This document shows, piece by piece, positions 11,401-19,440 of a stretch of DNA of 64,000 nt. Position numbers and translations under genes: made by a program. The number at the start of each line of letters is the position of its first letter. The stretch's first letter is position 1. The stretch covers positions 110,280 through 174,279 of the forward strand of contig CAYUIE010000003.1 of the NCBI GenBank assembly GCA_964444665.1. The letters run 5' to 3'. The notes under the pieces are model-generated. The model had not been told where the DNA came from, did no database searches, and saw only the letters and a list, made by a program, of their open reading frames with translations. This stretch comes from an uncultured Pirellulales bacterium. GTDB taxonomy: Bacteria > Planctomycetota > Phycisphaerae > Sedimentisphaerales > CAYZTY01.

Positions 11401-14400
11401 ATCAATGATGCACTATGAATCATCGAATTTAATTTGTCGAACGTCTCACGAATTCGTTCGGGCTGCCATTCTATGGTGGGTTGTCCCTTACTGTTACCTT
11501 CATCATCAAAATATTCGGCGAAACAACCAACTACTGCTATTTCAGGACGAGTTTCAAGATACCCAACCAATCTTTCAAGTTTTGTCGGCAGGGATATATC
11601 ATCACTATCGTGGTTCATCAAATATTTGGAGTTGGGACTGCAATTTCTAATAGCTTCATTTCTTGCTTTAACAACCCCGACGTGAGACAGTTCTATTATT
11701 TTAATCCTACCATCATTTTTTTTATAGCTCTTTAAGATATCTATTGTTCCATCTTCAGAACCGTCATCAGATACGACTATTTCATAGTTCTTAAAGGTTT
11801 GATTCAAAATAGAATCAAGTGTCTTGGCCAGATATTTTTCTGAATTATACACCGCCATATAAATCGAGACGGCTGGAGAATTGTATCCAAGACCTGATGA
11901 ATAAGAATTTGATTTAATAAATTTAAATTGTACTTCCTGATGGCACGATGAAGGGATGAAGTTAAGAAATTTGTTTATGTCGATTCCGTGCCCGTCATCA
12001 TACATCCTGGCAAGATTATTAGAGGAATATTCTCTCTTGTTTCCGCTTCGATTATCAGGAAAAACATCCTGCACAACATTAACTGGATTACAAAAAGCAA
12101 CAGAGCACGGGAAACAAAGAAGATTTTTCCTGCTATCAGCAAAAGTGTCTTTACTTAGAGCAATTTCAGCTTCTAAGGTGTTTGGGTTTTGAAAATCCAA
12201 TTTAGTTAATAAAGGCAAAATATCATGAATTCTATAAATAGAACTGGATACTTCTAACGGATAACCAAAATAACCATTTGCACCTGTCCAGTCATATTTT
12301 AATACTCTTCCTCCTACATTTATAAAAGATGGTATTATCTGCTCTGAGGAGGATGGGTAATGGTAGTTGATATTCTTTCCCAAGCGTAAAGAGAAACCAA
12401 GAGTATCCGAATTTTTTTGTAATGCTTCGATTATTTCCGACAAACAGAAATCTTTAACAAAAATGTTATCATCCACCAGGAAAAGTACATATTGGAAATG
12501 CTTGAGATTAGATAACAATTGCTTTCTAAAATCATTTTCCTCAATAAACTCAATGAATTTGTATTCCCTAATTAGTTTATTATAAGATTCTTTATGATAG
12601 TTATTGGAAACTTTATAAATCACCTTCAAATTCACATTCTGCAGGTCTTTGCAATTCAATAGAAAAGACCGTATTGTAACATCCAACTGCATGGCCCTGT
12701 CTTTACTGAAAATTACACCATTAACCAAACCTGATGAGCAGGTCGTACCAGATTCATCATTATCCGGTCTGGTGAGAGGCAGCGATTTTTTGTATCCAAT
12801 CAAGTAATGGTTATCGGGAAGATGTGCGATTGGATAGCTTTCCCAGGCAAGATCAATTTTGCTCTTAGCCAAGCGGCGAAAATAATGAATATTGTTAATC
12901 TGGCCAAACTGGTTCTGATATGCAATTAGATAATAATCGGCCCTTGAAACAAGTTCGAATACGCGGTCTCTGATTTCCACAGGTGCCTCGCTCATCGACC
13001 ACAATGCAATAAAAGCACAATCTGCAGCTTTGTGATTTAGCTGCTCAGACAATTTGTTCATATCAGAAATCAAAACTATTCTGGTGGGGGCATCAGAGAC
13101 ATCACCATAGCTAATGTACCGCTGAAAACCTACGCAACTAAGAAAGTATTCCTGCAGTGCGCTTAACTCCGGCAGGTCATAAATAATGTAACGTCCTTTA
13201 AAACCCAGCTGATAAGCCAGTCTGCACATGCTTCCATAGCCGCCGCCAAATTCCACAATTTCAGCCAACTGATCTACCTGACATTCAGCTTTTTGCTCCA
13301 GTTGCGCAAGACTATACGCGTGATGTATCAGGTTACCACTGCTTTCAAGATATGGCCCATATAGCTTTGGATTACCAATCTGGGACTCTCGAATGGCCCT
13401 GTGCCATCTGTCCCAATCAGGCAGACTCTGTAAAAACTGCAACTCTTCAATTTTAGCTTCATGGAACATCGTTGCTACAATGGGCTGCCAATTGAGAAAA
13501 TTGCTGAGGTCATCATTCAATATCATTTGACGAATACTATTTCTACGTTCAATCCATTTAGCCTCAATCCTGGAGCTGTTCACATCAGTGGAAACAGAAC
13601 AATCAATTTGCTTTATTCTTTTTCTAAGTAACTGGGCATGCTGCTGAGACTTAGTTTTACGAGTCTGTTGCAAAGCAGCAAAAAGTTTTCGTATCAGTTC
13701 GTTTTGTGGATGTGCCCGAATAACTTCACGCTTTATTTCTTCGGCGATTTGAGTATTACCCTTAGCGTACTCGGAGCGGGCAAGATAGAATTTAATTCGC
13801 CAGCGATCGAGCCCAAGGTTAATAGCTCTTCTGTATTCATCCGATGCCTGCCGGTAACGTCCCTGTGCCTCCAGCGATAATCCATTCCAAAACATATATT
13901 TCTGCTCTGCATAAAATGCTCGTCTTTTAGCGCTCAAATCAGCAAATTTTTCATGCCCAAGTTTTTGTAATGTTTCTTCCGCCTGCAGTACTTCCTGGAT
14001 AGTTCTTTCGTTACAACCCCCAAAATCTGAGGCGCTTATCAAACACAGTTTAAAAACGTCAGTATATTTACTGGGATGCGCAATTGCGGTCATCGTATTT
14101 CTATCAAAGTTTTTATTAACTTTTTTCTCGCAAACGTTAAAAAGAACACTATAAGGATTAAACTTTATTTTGAAACCTGCCCGCTGAACTCTTCGGCACC
14201 ATTCAACATCTTCACCTTCGCGATGGAAAAGCTCCTCATCTAAATTATATTTCAGAAACAACGCTTTTTTCGTAATAATCTGTGCACCATCGACCCACAT
14301 TGTAAGGTCCCAATCGTTGTGGTCTAAATTACAGCCCACGTATTTACCGTTGATTGCAGTTGCAACCAGCGCATCGTTGTGCTTTTCTCTGCCGTCAGGT

Positions 14401-17400
14401 GAAAATACTCCGCAATACTGAATCACCCAGTCATCGCCAAACTTTCTCATTCCTTCGTACCAGCCGGCAGCTAACCTGATGCGGTCATGGAGAATACACA
14501 TGTTTTCATAAGTGGCATTGGCTGCAACGATATTCTTTTTCTTAGTCAACCATCCCTTATCATCATTTTCACTAAACTTGATGTATCTTACAGGATATCC
14601 GGATGGATTAGCATAAGTGCCGCAGACGATAATCTCGTACTGTGGTATGTTCTGGGCGATAATGCTTTCGATAAGTTCATTTACCCATGCATCACGTTTG
14701 CCATTTGTAATAATTCCAAAACTCCATCGGCCTGTTTTGGTGTTCTGATGTGGATATAAATCTGAATGTTCTTCAACGCAATTATAGTATTGATGAATAT
14801 ATCTTTGTTCTAACTGTCTTCCGGTAATACCATTGTGTTTCTGCTCATAAACGGTGTTATAAAATGAATGAATTCCTAAAGAGTTATTAAGAAAAAGAAT
14901 ATTTTTACCTGTATTTTGCGAATAGCGGTTCAGAGGTACCTCATCAAAAGAATCGTAACTAAGTGATCTGTCATTTATTATTTCCTGGTAAGTTGGCAAT
15001 TTAATGGCAAAAAAACTATTGCAAAAATATGGCCTGTTTTCTTGCATCGGCTTGAAAGATGAGCCGCTTATGCTGTTGAAAAATAAGTTATAAAGCCGGG
15101 CAATTTCCTGATTAATATACACTTGGAACTTTATATTCACCCTGAATGGGTGTATTCCTTTATAGACACATTTGAGCTTTCTGACTTCGTTCCAGTAATT
15201 ATCTTCGTCCCATTCAGGATTTTTATCCAAATAACTGTTTAAGTTAGAATAGTTTGTTCCCCACAAACAATCAGGGACATTTATTCCTTTCAACATATCA
15301 TACAATAAACTTATTTTTTCTTTAGGAAACAGTAAGTTTATAAATTCAAAGGCTGAAGGGATGCCTGTGCTTAGGTTAACAGTAGTGGCTAAGGAATTAT
15401 CCTGTTCCAAAACGTCGGGAGAATGCTTTATGAACTTGCGCCAGGAGTCAGGTGATATAAAAATATCCTCATCTGCCTTTATTAAATACTCAAAGTTATT
15501 ATATTCAGTAAGAACAACCTTGATTTTGTCCAGATAACTGAGTCCGTTAAAGTATCCTGTATGAATGTCAAAGATTGTGGAAAAGGGTTTAATGAACTCC
15601 TCAAATTCATCGGAATTTTTGTCATTGGAAAATGCGAAGATTATCCGTCCGGGGAATTTTTCATTTTTGAAGGCAGCGTAGAAGTGCAAAAAAGCGGTTT
15701 TAATACTTTCTATGGTTCTAAGATGCGGCAAAAACAACAGCAAATATTTGCTGTTCGGCTCTTCGAGAGCTGAATTAGTATTAGCAGTAGAACTATCTGT
15801 ATTGGCTAATTCAGAAATCAAATTTTTACCCTTTATACTTGAAGTAGATAACTCCTGCCTCGGAAGTTTCTTACTCAAGTATTCATTGCCCGCGTTCTCA
15901 TATTCCGACCTCTTGAACGTTTGCATGTGCCTCTTATATTGGTTGATTCCGCAATCAAACAGGGACTTAGGCTTTACCGAACTGTTCATCCCAATCCAAA
16001 ATTCAGCGTTGTGTCTCAGCGACAAAACATGGTTAGCGTCAGGATTGGTAATATCTTCTATCTTAGGTAACTTTCTTATATAATCTGACTTTGACCACCA
16101 AAAATTTCCGGAAAAATGCGGGACAGGTTCGGTTCGCCAATCAACACCGCAGGTATCATAATCGTTTAAGTTCCTTAAACAGTCTTCATATCTTTCAACA
16201 TTGAAATAAGTCATATATTCTCGCCAATCAGTGATGGCTTCAATATATTGTTTGTCGGCTGATACACCTTTGGTATGGATATAGAGTATTTTGTAGCATG
16301 GATTCTCAACTGCAAATCGTCGTAATTCCTTTAATGTATCGAATTCAAATCTACTTAAATCTCCGTTTTGGTACAGAATTTTAACCTTATTTAAATTCAA
16401 GTTGTTTACCGGCCGATTGCCGACTATTCCGACAAATAGTCCGTATAGTAAATCATATAGTCCGCTCTTTTGTATGGCGGTTATAAGTTCGTCAACTACG
16501 TCTTGATAGTTCCCAACGGTTGCGACATGAAGAAAGACAACACACTTATCAATGGAGCTTGTTTTTGGCAACTTCATCAGGTTTATATTGAAGTTCTTTT
16601 TCTCAACCTCCACATATTTTTCCGCGATTTTTACACTCTTGTCGTAAATTAAGCCATGAAAAGGTTCCAGATCTCTAATGATATTTTTTTTACCGATGAA
16701 CGGGAAAGGCGAATAGATATCATATTTGTCTAAATCACTACCTTTGTCCAAAGCTTCCATTAGTATTTGATCTAAATGTGCTGTCTCAGATTCTGTAAAC
16801 TTTTTTGTCAGGTGGTCTGTGCCAAAAATTTTAGATTCGAACAGGCTGTTTATGGCTGTCCCATCATTTTCCAAACAGTCGTATGCGAATGAAATCTTAT
16901 TACCTATTTGAACACCCCAAAAGCCCTTCTCAAGGAACTGGTCTGCTAACTTCATCTCTCCATCATGATCATCGTTAAACTGCCAGTCAATGGTTCCTAA
17001 AGTACTTGTTTTTGCGAACCATATAGGCGCTCTTGAATGACTGGGTGCAAAATACTTGGTTCCACTCAGATTGTTCATTATTTGAGGGCTGACGAAACCA
17101 ATTCTCTCATGGTGGTCCAATAGTGTAACAGCCTTTAAAAGCCAATTATCGGATTTAATAAACACGTCATCGGAGATAAAGGCGAAATATTCGTACAGGT
17201 GCTTATATTTGTTAAAATAAAATCTATAAGCCCCAAAGGCTTTATGAGGGATGTCATTGCCATTTATGTCTATTTTGTTCTCATAAATAATTCTTCCATA
17301 TTTATTAAAAACATTATCCTTATTTACGCCCTGGAAATTTCGATGAACGAATATTATGTCATGATGAATGCCTGGCTCGCAGTTATGGTACGTTGGCCAA

Positions 17401-17459
17401 AAACATGAATTTTGTTTTTCGCTGCCTCCTAAGAAGATTATCGCAGTGTTGTTTTTCAC
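5496..17459 (-). CDS. Giant multi-module glycosyltransferase / methyltransferase / TPR fusion protein (3,987 aa)
   Basis: Uninterrupted ORF. Motifs read by eye: three classical GT2 N-termini (SIYMAVYNSEKYL..VVSDDGSEDGT; VVIPCYNHSHHL..IVNDGSTDNT; SIITPVYNGADYI..IVDDGSTDNT); one GT-A-like block (FGIITNGKRD..YEIIVCG); two GT-B/GT4-like blocks (FYEPHIGGSEKV.. and ..ETFPMVTLESQACGCIPVAHNAGG); a class-I SAM methyltransferase motif (IVEFGGGYGSMCRLA); a duplicated FSKDRAMQL module; three further N-terminal DxD-type modules; and several TPR-like stretches. Confidence 0.85.
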   Translation of the reverse strand: MKNNTAIIFLGGSEKQNSCFWPTYHNCEPGIHHDIIFVHRNFQGVNKDNVFNKYGRIIYENKIDINGNDIPHKAFGAYRFYFNKYKHLYEYFAFISDDVFIKSDNWLLKAVTLLDHHERIGFVSPQIMNNLSGTKYFAPSHSRAPIWFAKTSTLGTIDWQFNDDHDGEMKLADQFLEKGFWGVQIGNKISFAYDCLENDGTAINSLFESKIFGTDHLTKKFTESETAHLDQILMEALDKGSDLDKYDIYSPFPFIGKKNIIRDLEPFHGLIYDKSVKIAEKYVEVEKKNFNINLMKLPKTSSIDKCVVFLHVATVGNYQDVVDELITAIQKSGLYDLLYGLFVGIVGNRPVNNLNLNKVKILYQNGDLSRFEFDTLKELRRFAVENPCYKILYIHTKGVSADKQYIEAITDWREYMTYFNVERYEDCLRNLNDYDTCGVDWRTEPVPHFSGNFWWSKSDYIRKLPKIEDITNPDANHVLSLRHNAEFWIGMNSSVKPKSLFDCGINQYKRHMQTFKRSEYENAGNEYLSKKLPRQELSTSSIKGKNLISELANTDSSTANTNSALEEPNSKYLLLFLPHLRTIESIKTAFLHFYAAFKNEKFPGRIIFAFSNDKNSDEFEEFIKPFSTIFDIHTGYFNGLSYLDKIKVVLTEYNNFEYLIKADEDIFISPDSWRKFIKHSPDVLEQDNSLATTVNLSTGIPSAFEFINLLFPKEKISLLYDMLKGINVPDCLWGTNYSNLNSYLDKNPEWDEDNYWNEVRKLKCVYKGIHPFRVNIKFQVYINQEIARLYNLFFNSISGSSFKPMQENRPYFCNSFFAIKLPTYQEIINDRSLSYDSFDEVPLNRYSQNTGKNILFLNNSLGIHSFYNTVYEQKHNGITGRQLEQRYIHQYYNCVEEHSDLYPHQNTKTGRWSFGIITNGKRDAWVNELIESIIAQNIPQYEIIVCGTYANPSGYPVRYIKFSENDDKGWLTKKKNIVAANATYENMCILHDRIRLAAGWYEGMRKFGDDWVIQYCGVFSPDGREKHNDALVATAINGKYVGCNLDHNDWDLTMWVDGAQIITKKALFLKYNLDEELFHREGEDVEWCRRVQRAGFKIKFNPYSVLFNVCEKKVNKNFDRNTMTAIAHPSKYTDVFKLCLISASDFGGCNERTIQEVLQAEETLQKLGHEKFADLSAKRRAFYAEQKYMFWNGLSLEAQGRYRQASDEYRRAINLGLDRWRIKFYLARSEYAKGNTQIAEEIKREVIRAHPQNELIRKLFAALQQTRKTKSQQHAQLLRKRIKQIDCSVSTDVNSSRIEAKWIERRNSIRQMILNDDLSNFLNWQPIVATMFHEAKIEELQFLQSLPDWDRWHRAIRESQIGNPKLYGPYLESSGNLIHHAYSLAQLEQKAECQVDQLAEIVEFGGGYGSMCRLAYQLGFKGRYIIYDLPELSALQEYFLSCVGFQRYISYGDVSDAPTRIVLISDMNKLSEQLNHKAADCAFIALWSMSEAPVEIRDRVFELVSRADYYLIAYQNQFGQINNIHYFRRLAKSKIDLAWESYPIAHLPDNHYLIGYKKSLPLTRPDNDESGTTCSSGLVNGVIFSKDRAMQLDVTIRSFLLNCKDLQNVNLKVIYKVSNNYHKESYNKLIREYKFIEFIEENDFRKQLLSNLKHFQYVLFLVDDNIFVKDFCLSEIIEALQKNSDTLGFSLRLGKNINYHYPSSSEQIIPSFINVGGRVLKYDWTGANGYFGYPLEVSSSIYRIHDILPLLTKLDFQNPNTLEAEIALSKDTFADSRKNLLCFPCSVAFCNPVNVVQDVFPDNRSGNKREYSSNNLARMYDDGHGIDINKFLNFIPSSCHQEVQFKFIKSNSYSSGLGYNSPAVSIYMAVYNSEKYLAKTLDSILNQTFKNYEIVVSDDGSEDGTIDILKSYKKNDGRIKIIELSHVGVVKARNEAIRNCSPNSKYLMNHDSDDISLPTKLERLVGYLETRPEIAVVGCFAEYFDDEGNSKGQPTIEWQPERIRETFDKLNSMIHSASLIRRDVFKRIGSYRKEYPVAQDYDFFARALLADFELANIPEVLHRIRLHPKSIGNTHASEVMEAADRIRENYRLHKREGRQLYKSRPTKSGSKPRDKLSILNTVEFYEPHIGGSEKVVQQLSEWLVKRGHEVTVATTKLAERTFKELNGVRIEEFNISGAFAKGFSGNDVDRYQQFLLNHQADVVFNYAAQQWATDLALGTLEQTSKRRINIIAPCGYSALSDNNTLQLPEFADYFNRVIPIYLPKYDAAVYHSKQYQDYEFAQNYGFNNSVIIPNGVCEEEFSQMPTFDFRMKYKIKTKYLGLCVANFFPGKGQDRVIECLRKMNRPDLTMVFIGRQGVLLNGLKAKARGLNVRFLVDVPREVTLAAYCQADIFLFGSDKECSPLVIIEAKASRTPFVSTDCGNVREWKGGVVCAPDKMPLYANKILNDEIIRKSLAEDGWKEWKENLTWEAVADRYEELYLQLRRNKSVSSTPSLVQIPQADGAQDVQKESEQQPEKNTAVLVFSKDRAMQLRATIESFLLHCKDSNNFDITVLYKTTSPLHKGQYEDLKKCFKNIDFIEERNFRQQTLQVIGASKYIVFMVDDNIYTCDFSIRDVVDSLKRETDAIGFSLRLGENTTYCYSLNTEQKRPQFERVTDSILKFNWTTAEHDYGYPLEVSSSIYRSQEMLGFLSGRCFSNPNLLESQLALNRQFRNNRSMLLCYRKSVTFCNPANIVQNVYEQNRSGVNVNYSSQRLAQIYQRGAVIDVSKYSGFVSNAAHQEVSFYFNQADDNAVGISVVIPCYNHSHHLPDAVESIINQTYKNWECVIVNDGSTDNTVEVTRQLIEKYPNHKIRLIDKPQNTGLADARNTAILAAANEWILPLDSDDMFEPTFMKKAVDIIQQEQNVDIVFANLQEFGASNKIWAPEEYSRSQVMVKNTMPYASLYRKHLWRKVGGYDNLLNVIVQPEDWNFWISCSKHNPVVRRISEPLFLYRVNPQSMYHKTIKGNLKLAWAFIATCHPDLFPASHLVRAWQEIATCPDDLYEKINKAIEKYPECGLAYFWRGLKKRCMGQIHEALEDYQVAAERAKEGDWQPSFALMMLQKNQDDLAGARDSLEKLLSIRPDFDWAQDLLSPVVGQQKILFYYDRIGNISETSPAGTVIAVLNIAKMLQKNPDIEVHITGDLVCHPERYESLKIIPLPKPNERAEFLANFDMVFFATHVRYFKGLTKPRGQIWVLWQHCWQAKDFVSLSHMSDFDIVICLSDLHRVSLHNDVIGDEKLMIIPNLINTDVYSPKDVSRNGHSIMYAGALHEHKCVHILIDAFRLVRRQISDAELHIYGDGSMWRGGDAYGDKLKGTKPEGTYFHGYANNKDMPEIYSRHSLLVLPSKLETFPMVTLESQACGCIPVAHNAGGTAATIADGCTGLIYSHNTPEKLAEAIIACLNRVDNNPSIRCKAVDFVRENFSTDIAGKYISKLWDRISIAREVNDIRTLLHDNDIQQADLKCGQLLQKHPNHPDVLLLRALIMNQQGNWLKANAQVDELLEKFPNHIRALNDFGLVAMEAGDIKKALSYFTKAYKFNPWNRDTITNCYAIMKTSGEYKKAQTLLFNYLANVGKDARVLNMLGEINALITHSDSAVDLVSQQLVNDKQSLCRRNSSSKPMVSIITPVYNGADYIGQAIESVLSQNYKNFELLIVDDGSTDNTKKVVLKYNDDRIKYIFKQNGGVSSARNHAIIRSRGQYIMPLDADDVMAPHFITLHLQEFDKHPQADLIYCDVLLIDADGEPIRIMKKPEYQNRKLLIRDLFRQGHPVIPFRFGIRRSVFDRIGLYDETLLVGEDYDMMRRFVKAGLKEHHLQETLHLRRMYLKNLSGSTNIDKARSHFEVVRRFTETFSYDELFPDVGWDKIAPETRKSHAKCLAAVTYLKIGQSYIKSNSSVCARTAFDLAHLELKDYLKVNPNNEFAQRLLQNTILLQTQCRQPTLQAIR

Positions 17460-17544
17460 GAATTTTCGCCTTATTGATTAGGAAAAAAGAAGAATTTAAC
17501 TGTTACGTATTTGCCATTTGACAATACGTCTGTGGCGATTGTGC

Positions 17545-18336
17545 CTATCCTGCAATATTAGAATTACATAAAATCTTCTCGGTAAACGAACGTGTAGCTT
17601 TTTCTGATACAGGCAATTTCTCGAACTTTTTCAAATCCGACGGAGTACCTAATCCATACATTCCATCAGCTTCCCGGCCGATGTTGTAATAGATAATTTC
17701 CATTCCATCTGCAATCATCTCATTATAAGCCGGAGCTACATAAAACTCGTTGTTCACCCTTAAATTTTTAGCAATCATCCTTTCAGCCGCATGGACAAAA
17801 TCAGCGCCTCGGCGATAATTGTAAATTCCAACCGTAGCTTCATTAGATACAACCTGTTTTTCAACAACAGCACGAATTTCCCCTGATTCATCAAAACAAA
17901 GATACGACCATTTAGAGTCATTCGCCCACATAGTCATGATAAGTCCGTCAGCATTGCCAGGTTCTATAACTTCCAAATATCGGTTAATATCAATGTCCAC
18001 CCATTGGTCACTATTAGCAATCATCAAAGGAGTATCGTTATCGATAAAACTCTTTGCCAGCAACAGGGTACATGCGGCACCTTCAGTCACACCATCCGTT
18101 AAAACAATTTTGCAATTGGGCGCCCAAGCTTCGAGTTTTTCATCAATATGATATTTTTGCAAATGCTCGCTCAAACATATGAAAATGAACCTGTGTTCCT
18201 GCACAGGACACAAATTTTTAATTACAAGACGCACCATAGGAATACCTCTGACCGGAATCAAAGGTTTGGGCAGAGTGTATCCGGCACTTAGAAAGCGGCT
18301 GCCCCTGCCGGCCATAGGGATAACGATATTCAGCAT
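17545..18336 (-). CDS. Sugar- or alcohol-phosphate nucleotidyltransferase (NTP-transferase fold)
   Basis: N-terminus MLNIVIPMAGRGSRF..LPKPLIPVRGIPM matches the G-x-G-x-R nucleotide-binding signature. I prefer the ATG at 18336, 1 nt after the cupin stop codon, over the longer ORF start at 18402. Confidence 0.7.
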   Translation of the reverse strand: MLNIVIPMAGRGSRFLSAGYTLPKPLIPVRGIPMVRLVIKNLCPVQEHRFIFICLSEHLQKYHIDEKLEAWAPNCKIVLTDGVTEGAACTLLLAKSFIDNDTPLMIANSDQWVDIDINRYLEVIEPGNADGLIMTMWANDSKWSYLCFDESGEIRAVVEKQVVSNEATVGIYNYRRGADFVHAAERMIAKNLRVNNEFYVAPAYNEMIADGMEIIYYNIGREADGMYGLGTPSDLKKFEKLPVSEKATRSFTEKILCNSNIAG

Positions 18337-18337
18337 G

Positions 18338-18664
18338 CTATTGACCTCTCTGATATTTGTCGTTATTGGCACCAGGAATTTTAACAACAACATTAACCGC
18401 ATCTTCCAGCGCTTTGAAATCTGTGGCTTCGCCCGGCTCCATCACGATAATATCACCTTCTTTGTGGACAATCCCATTCATTTCAACGGTACCACAAATC
18501 ATCACCGTTATTTCAGTAGCGATTTTGTGATGATGTCTTTCTTCCCCATCGCCTGCTTTATAGCTTTTAACCGCAACTTCCACATCATTGGTTTTATAAA
18601 GAGACGGCTCAAAATTCCCTACAAACCAGCCGTTCACCATATCTTTTAGTTTTGCCGTCTTCAC
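18338..18664 (-). CDS. Small cupin-fold protein
   Basis: 108 aa with a His-rich metal-site-like string (GEERHHHKIATEITVMICGTVEM) and PGE..F, typical of the cupin_2 barrel. The substrate is unknown. Confidence 0.55.
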   Translation of the reverse strand: MKTAKLKDMVNGWFVGNFEPSLYKTNDVEVAVKSYKAGDGEERHHHKIATEITVMICGTVEMNGIVHKEGDIIVMEPGEATDFKALEDAVNVVVKIPGANNDKYQRGQ

Positions 18665-18705
18665 AATTATCCTTTAGTGATATCCGAATAAGTTATTCAT
18701 GAGAA

Positions 18706-19440
18706 TTACAACCTGATACGCTGTTCGTACTCTTTGATTTTTTGAGGCATATAGAACGTATGGTAATTCTCATTGCAAATAATGTATGTCTCAAGGTTCA
18801 TATTCTTTAATATCATTTCATTGAGTGTCGGGGCTATATAAAACATCCCATCGAAGCTGGCGTTTTTCTTTATGTTTTCCATCGCAGCACTGACGAAATA
18901 ATGACCCTTTTTGAAGTAGTAGAAGCCGGCTATCGCAAGTTTGCTCAGGGGTTTCTTTTCGGCAGATTCGACAATCTTGCCGTTGCTATCCAGTCTTACA
19001 TAAGACCACCGAGGATGTATGGTTTCAAAACATATCACAGCCGCATCCAGATCTCTGAGCTCGAAGTGATTAATAATATGATTAAGGTCCTCCTCAATAA
19101 TCTGGTCACTATTTGATATCACCAGCGGCTGGTCATTATCAATGTGCTCTATTGCCATCAATGCACTGCATACCGCCCCTGCCGTATTGCCCCGTAAACG
19201 TACGATTTCGCAGTTCCCATCGGTTATCAGCCTCAAAACATTATCCAGATGATACTTCGAACAGTCTTCTATCCTGACCACAAAGATAAACTTCTTTTCC
19301 CTGTCGATAGTATTAAGGTTTTCGACCGCCAATTGAACCATCGACTTGCCGCCAATCTCAATCAATGGTTTTGCGAACGGATATTCAGACGAGTCAAAAA
19401 ACGTTGACTTCGCTCCTATGGGCATTAATATATTCAACAT
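18706..19440 (-). CDS. NTP-transferase-like protein with degenerate nucleotide-binding loop
   Basis: Its layout parallels the 17545-18336 product (MLNILMPIGAKSTFF..AKPLIEIGGKSMV..ISNSDQ). The G-x-G-x-R loop is replaced by IGAKSTFF. Confidence 0.5.
   Translation of the reverse strand: MLNILMPIGAKSTFFDSSEYPFAKPLIEIGGKSMVQLAVENLNTIDREKKFIFVVRIEDCSKYHLDNVLRLITDGNCEIVRLRGNTAGAVCSALMAIEHIDNDQPLVISNSDQIIEEDLNHIINHFELRDLDAAVICFETIHPRWSYVRLDSNGKIVESAEKKPLSKLAIAGFYYFKKGHYFVSAAMENIKKNASFDGMFYIAPTLNEMILKNMNLETYIICNENYHTFYMPQKIKEYEQRIRL

Noticed and set aside
17460-17544. GGCAC-containing sequences upstream of the giant gene as a possible sigma-54 promoter, and a CGTATT/AATACG 6-bp hairpin
   Set aside because: The -12 GC element is missing at the required spacing (CCACA or TAACA instead of TTGCA). 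The hairpin is short, with a 12-nt loop and no U-tract.
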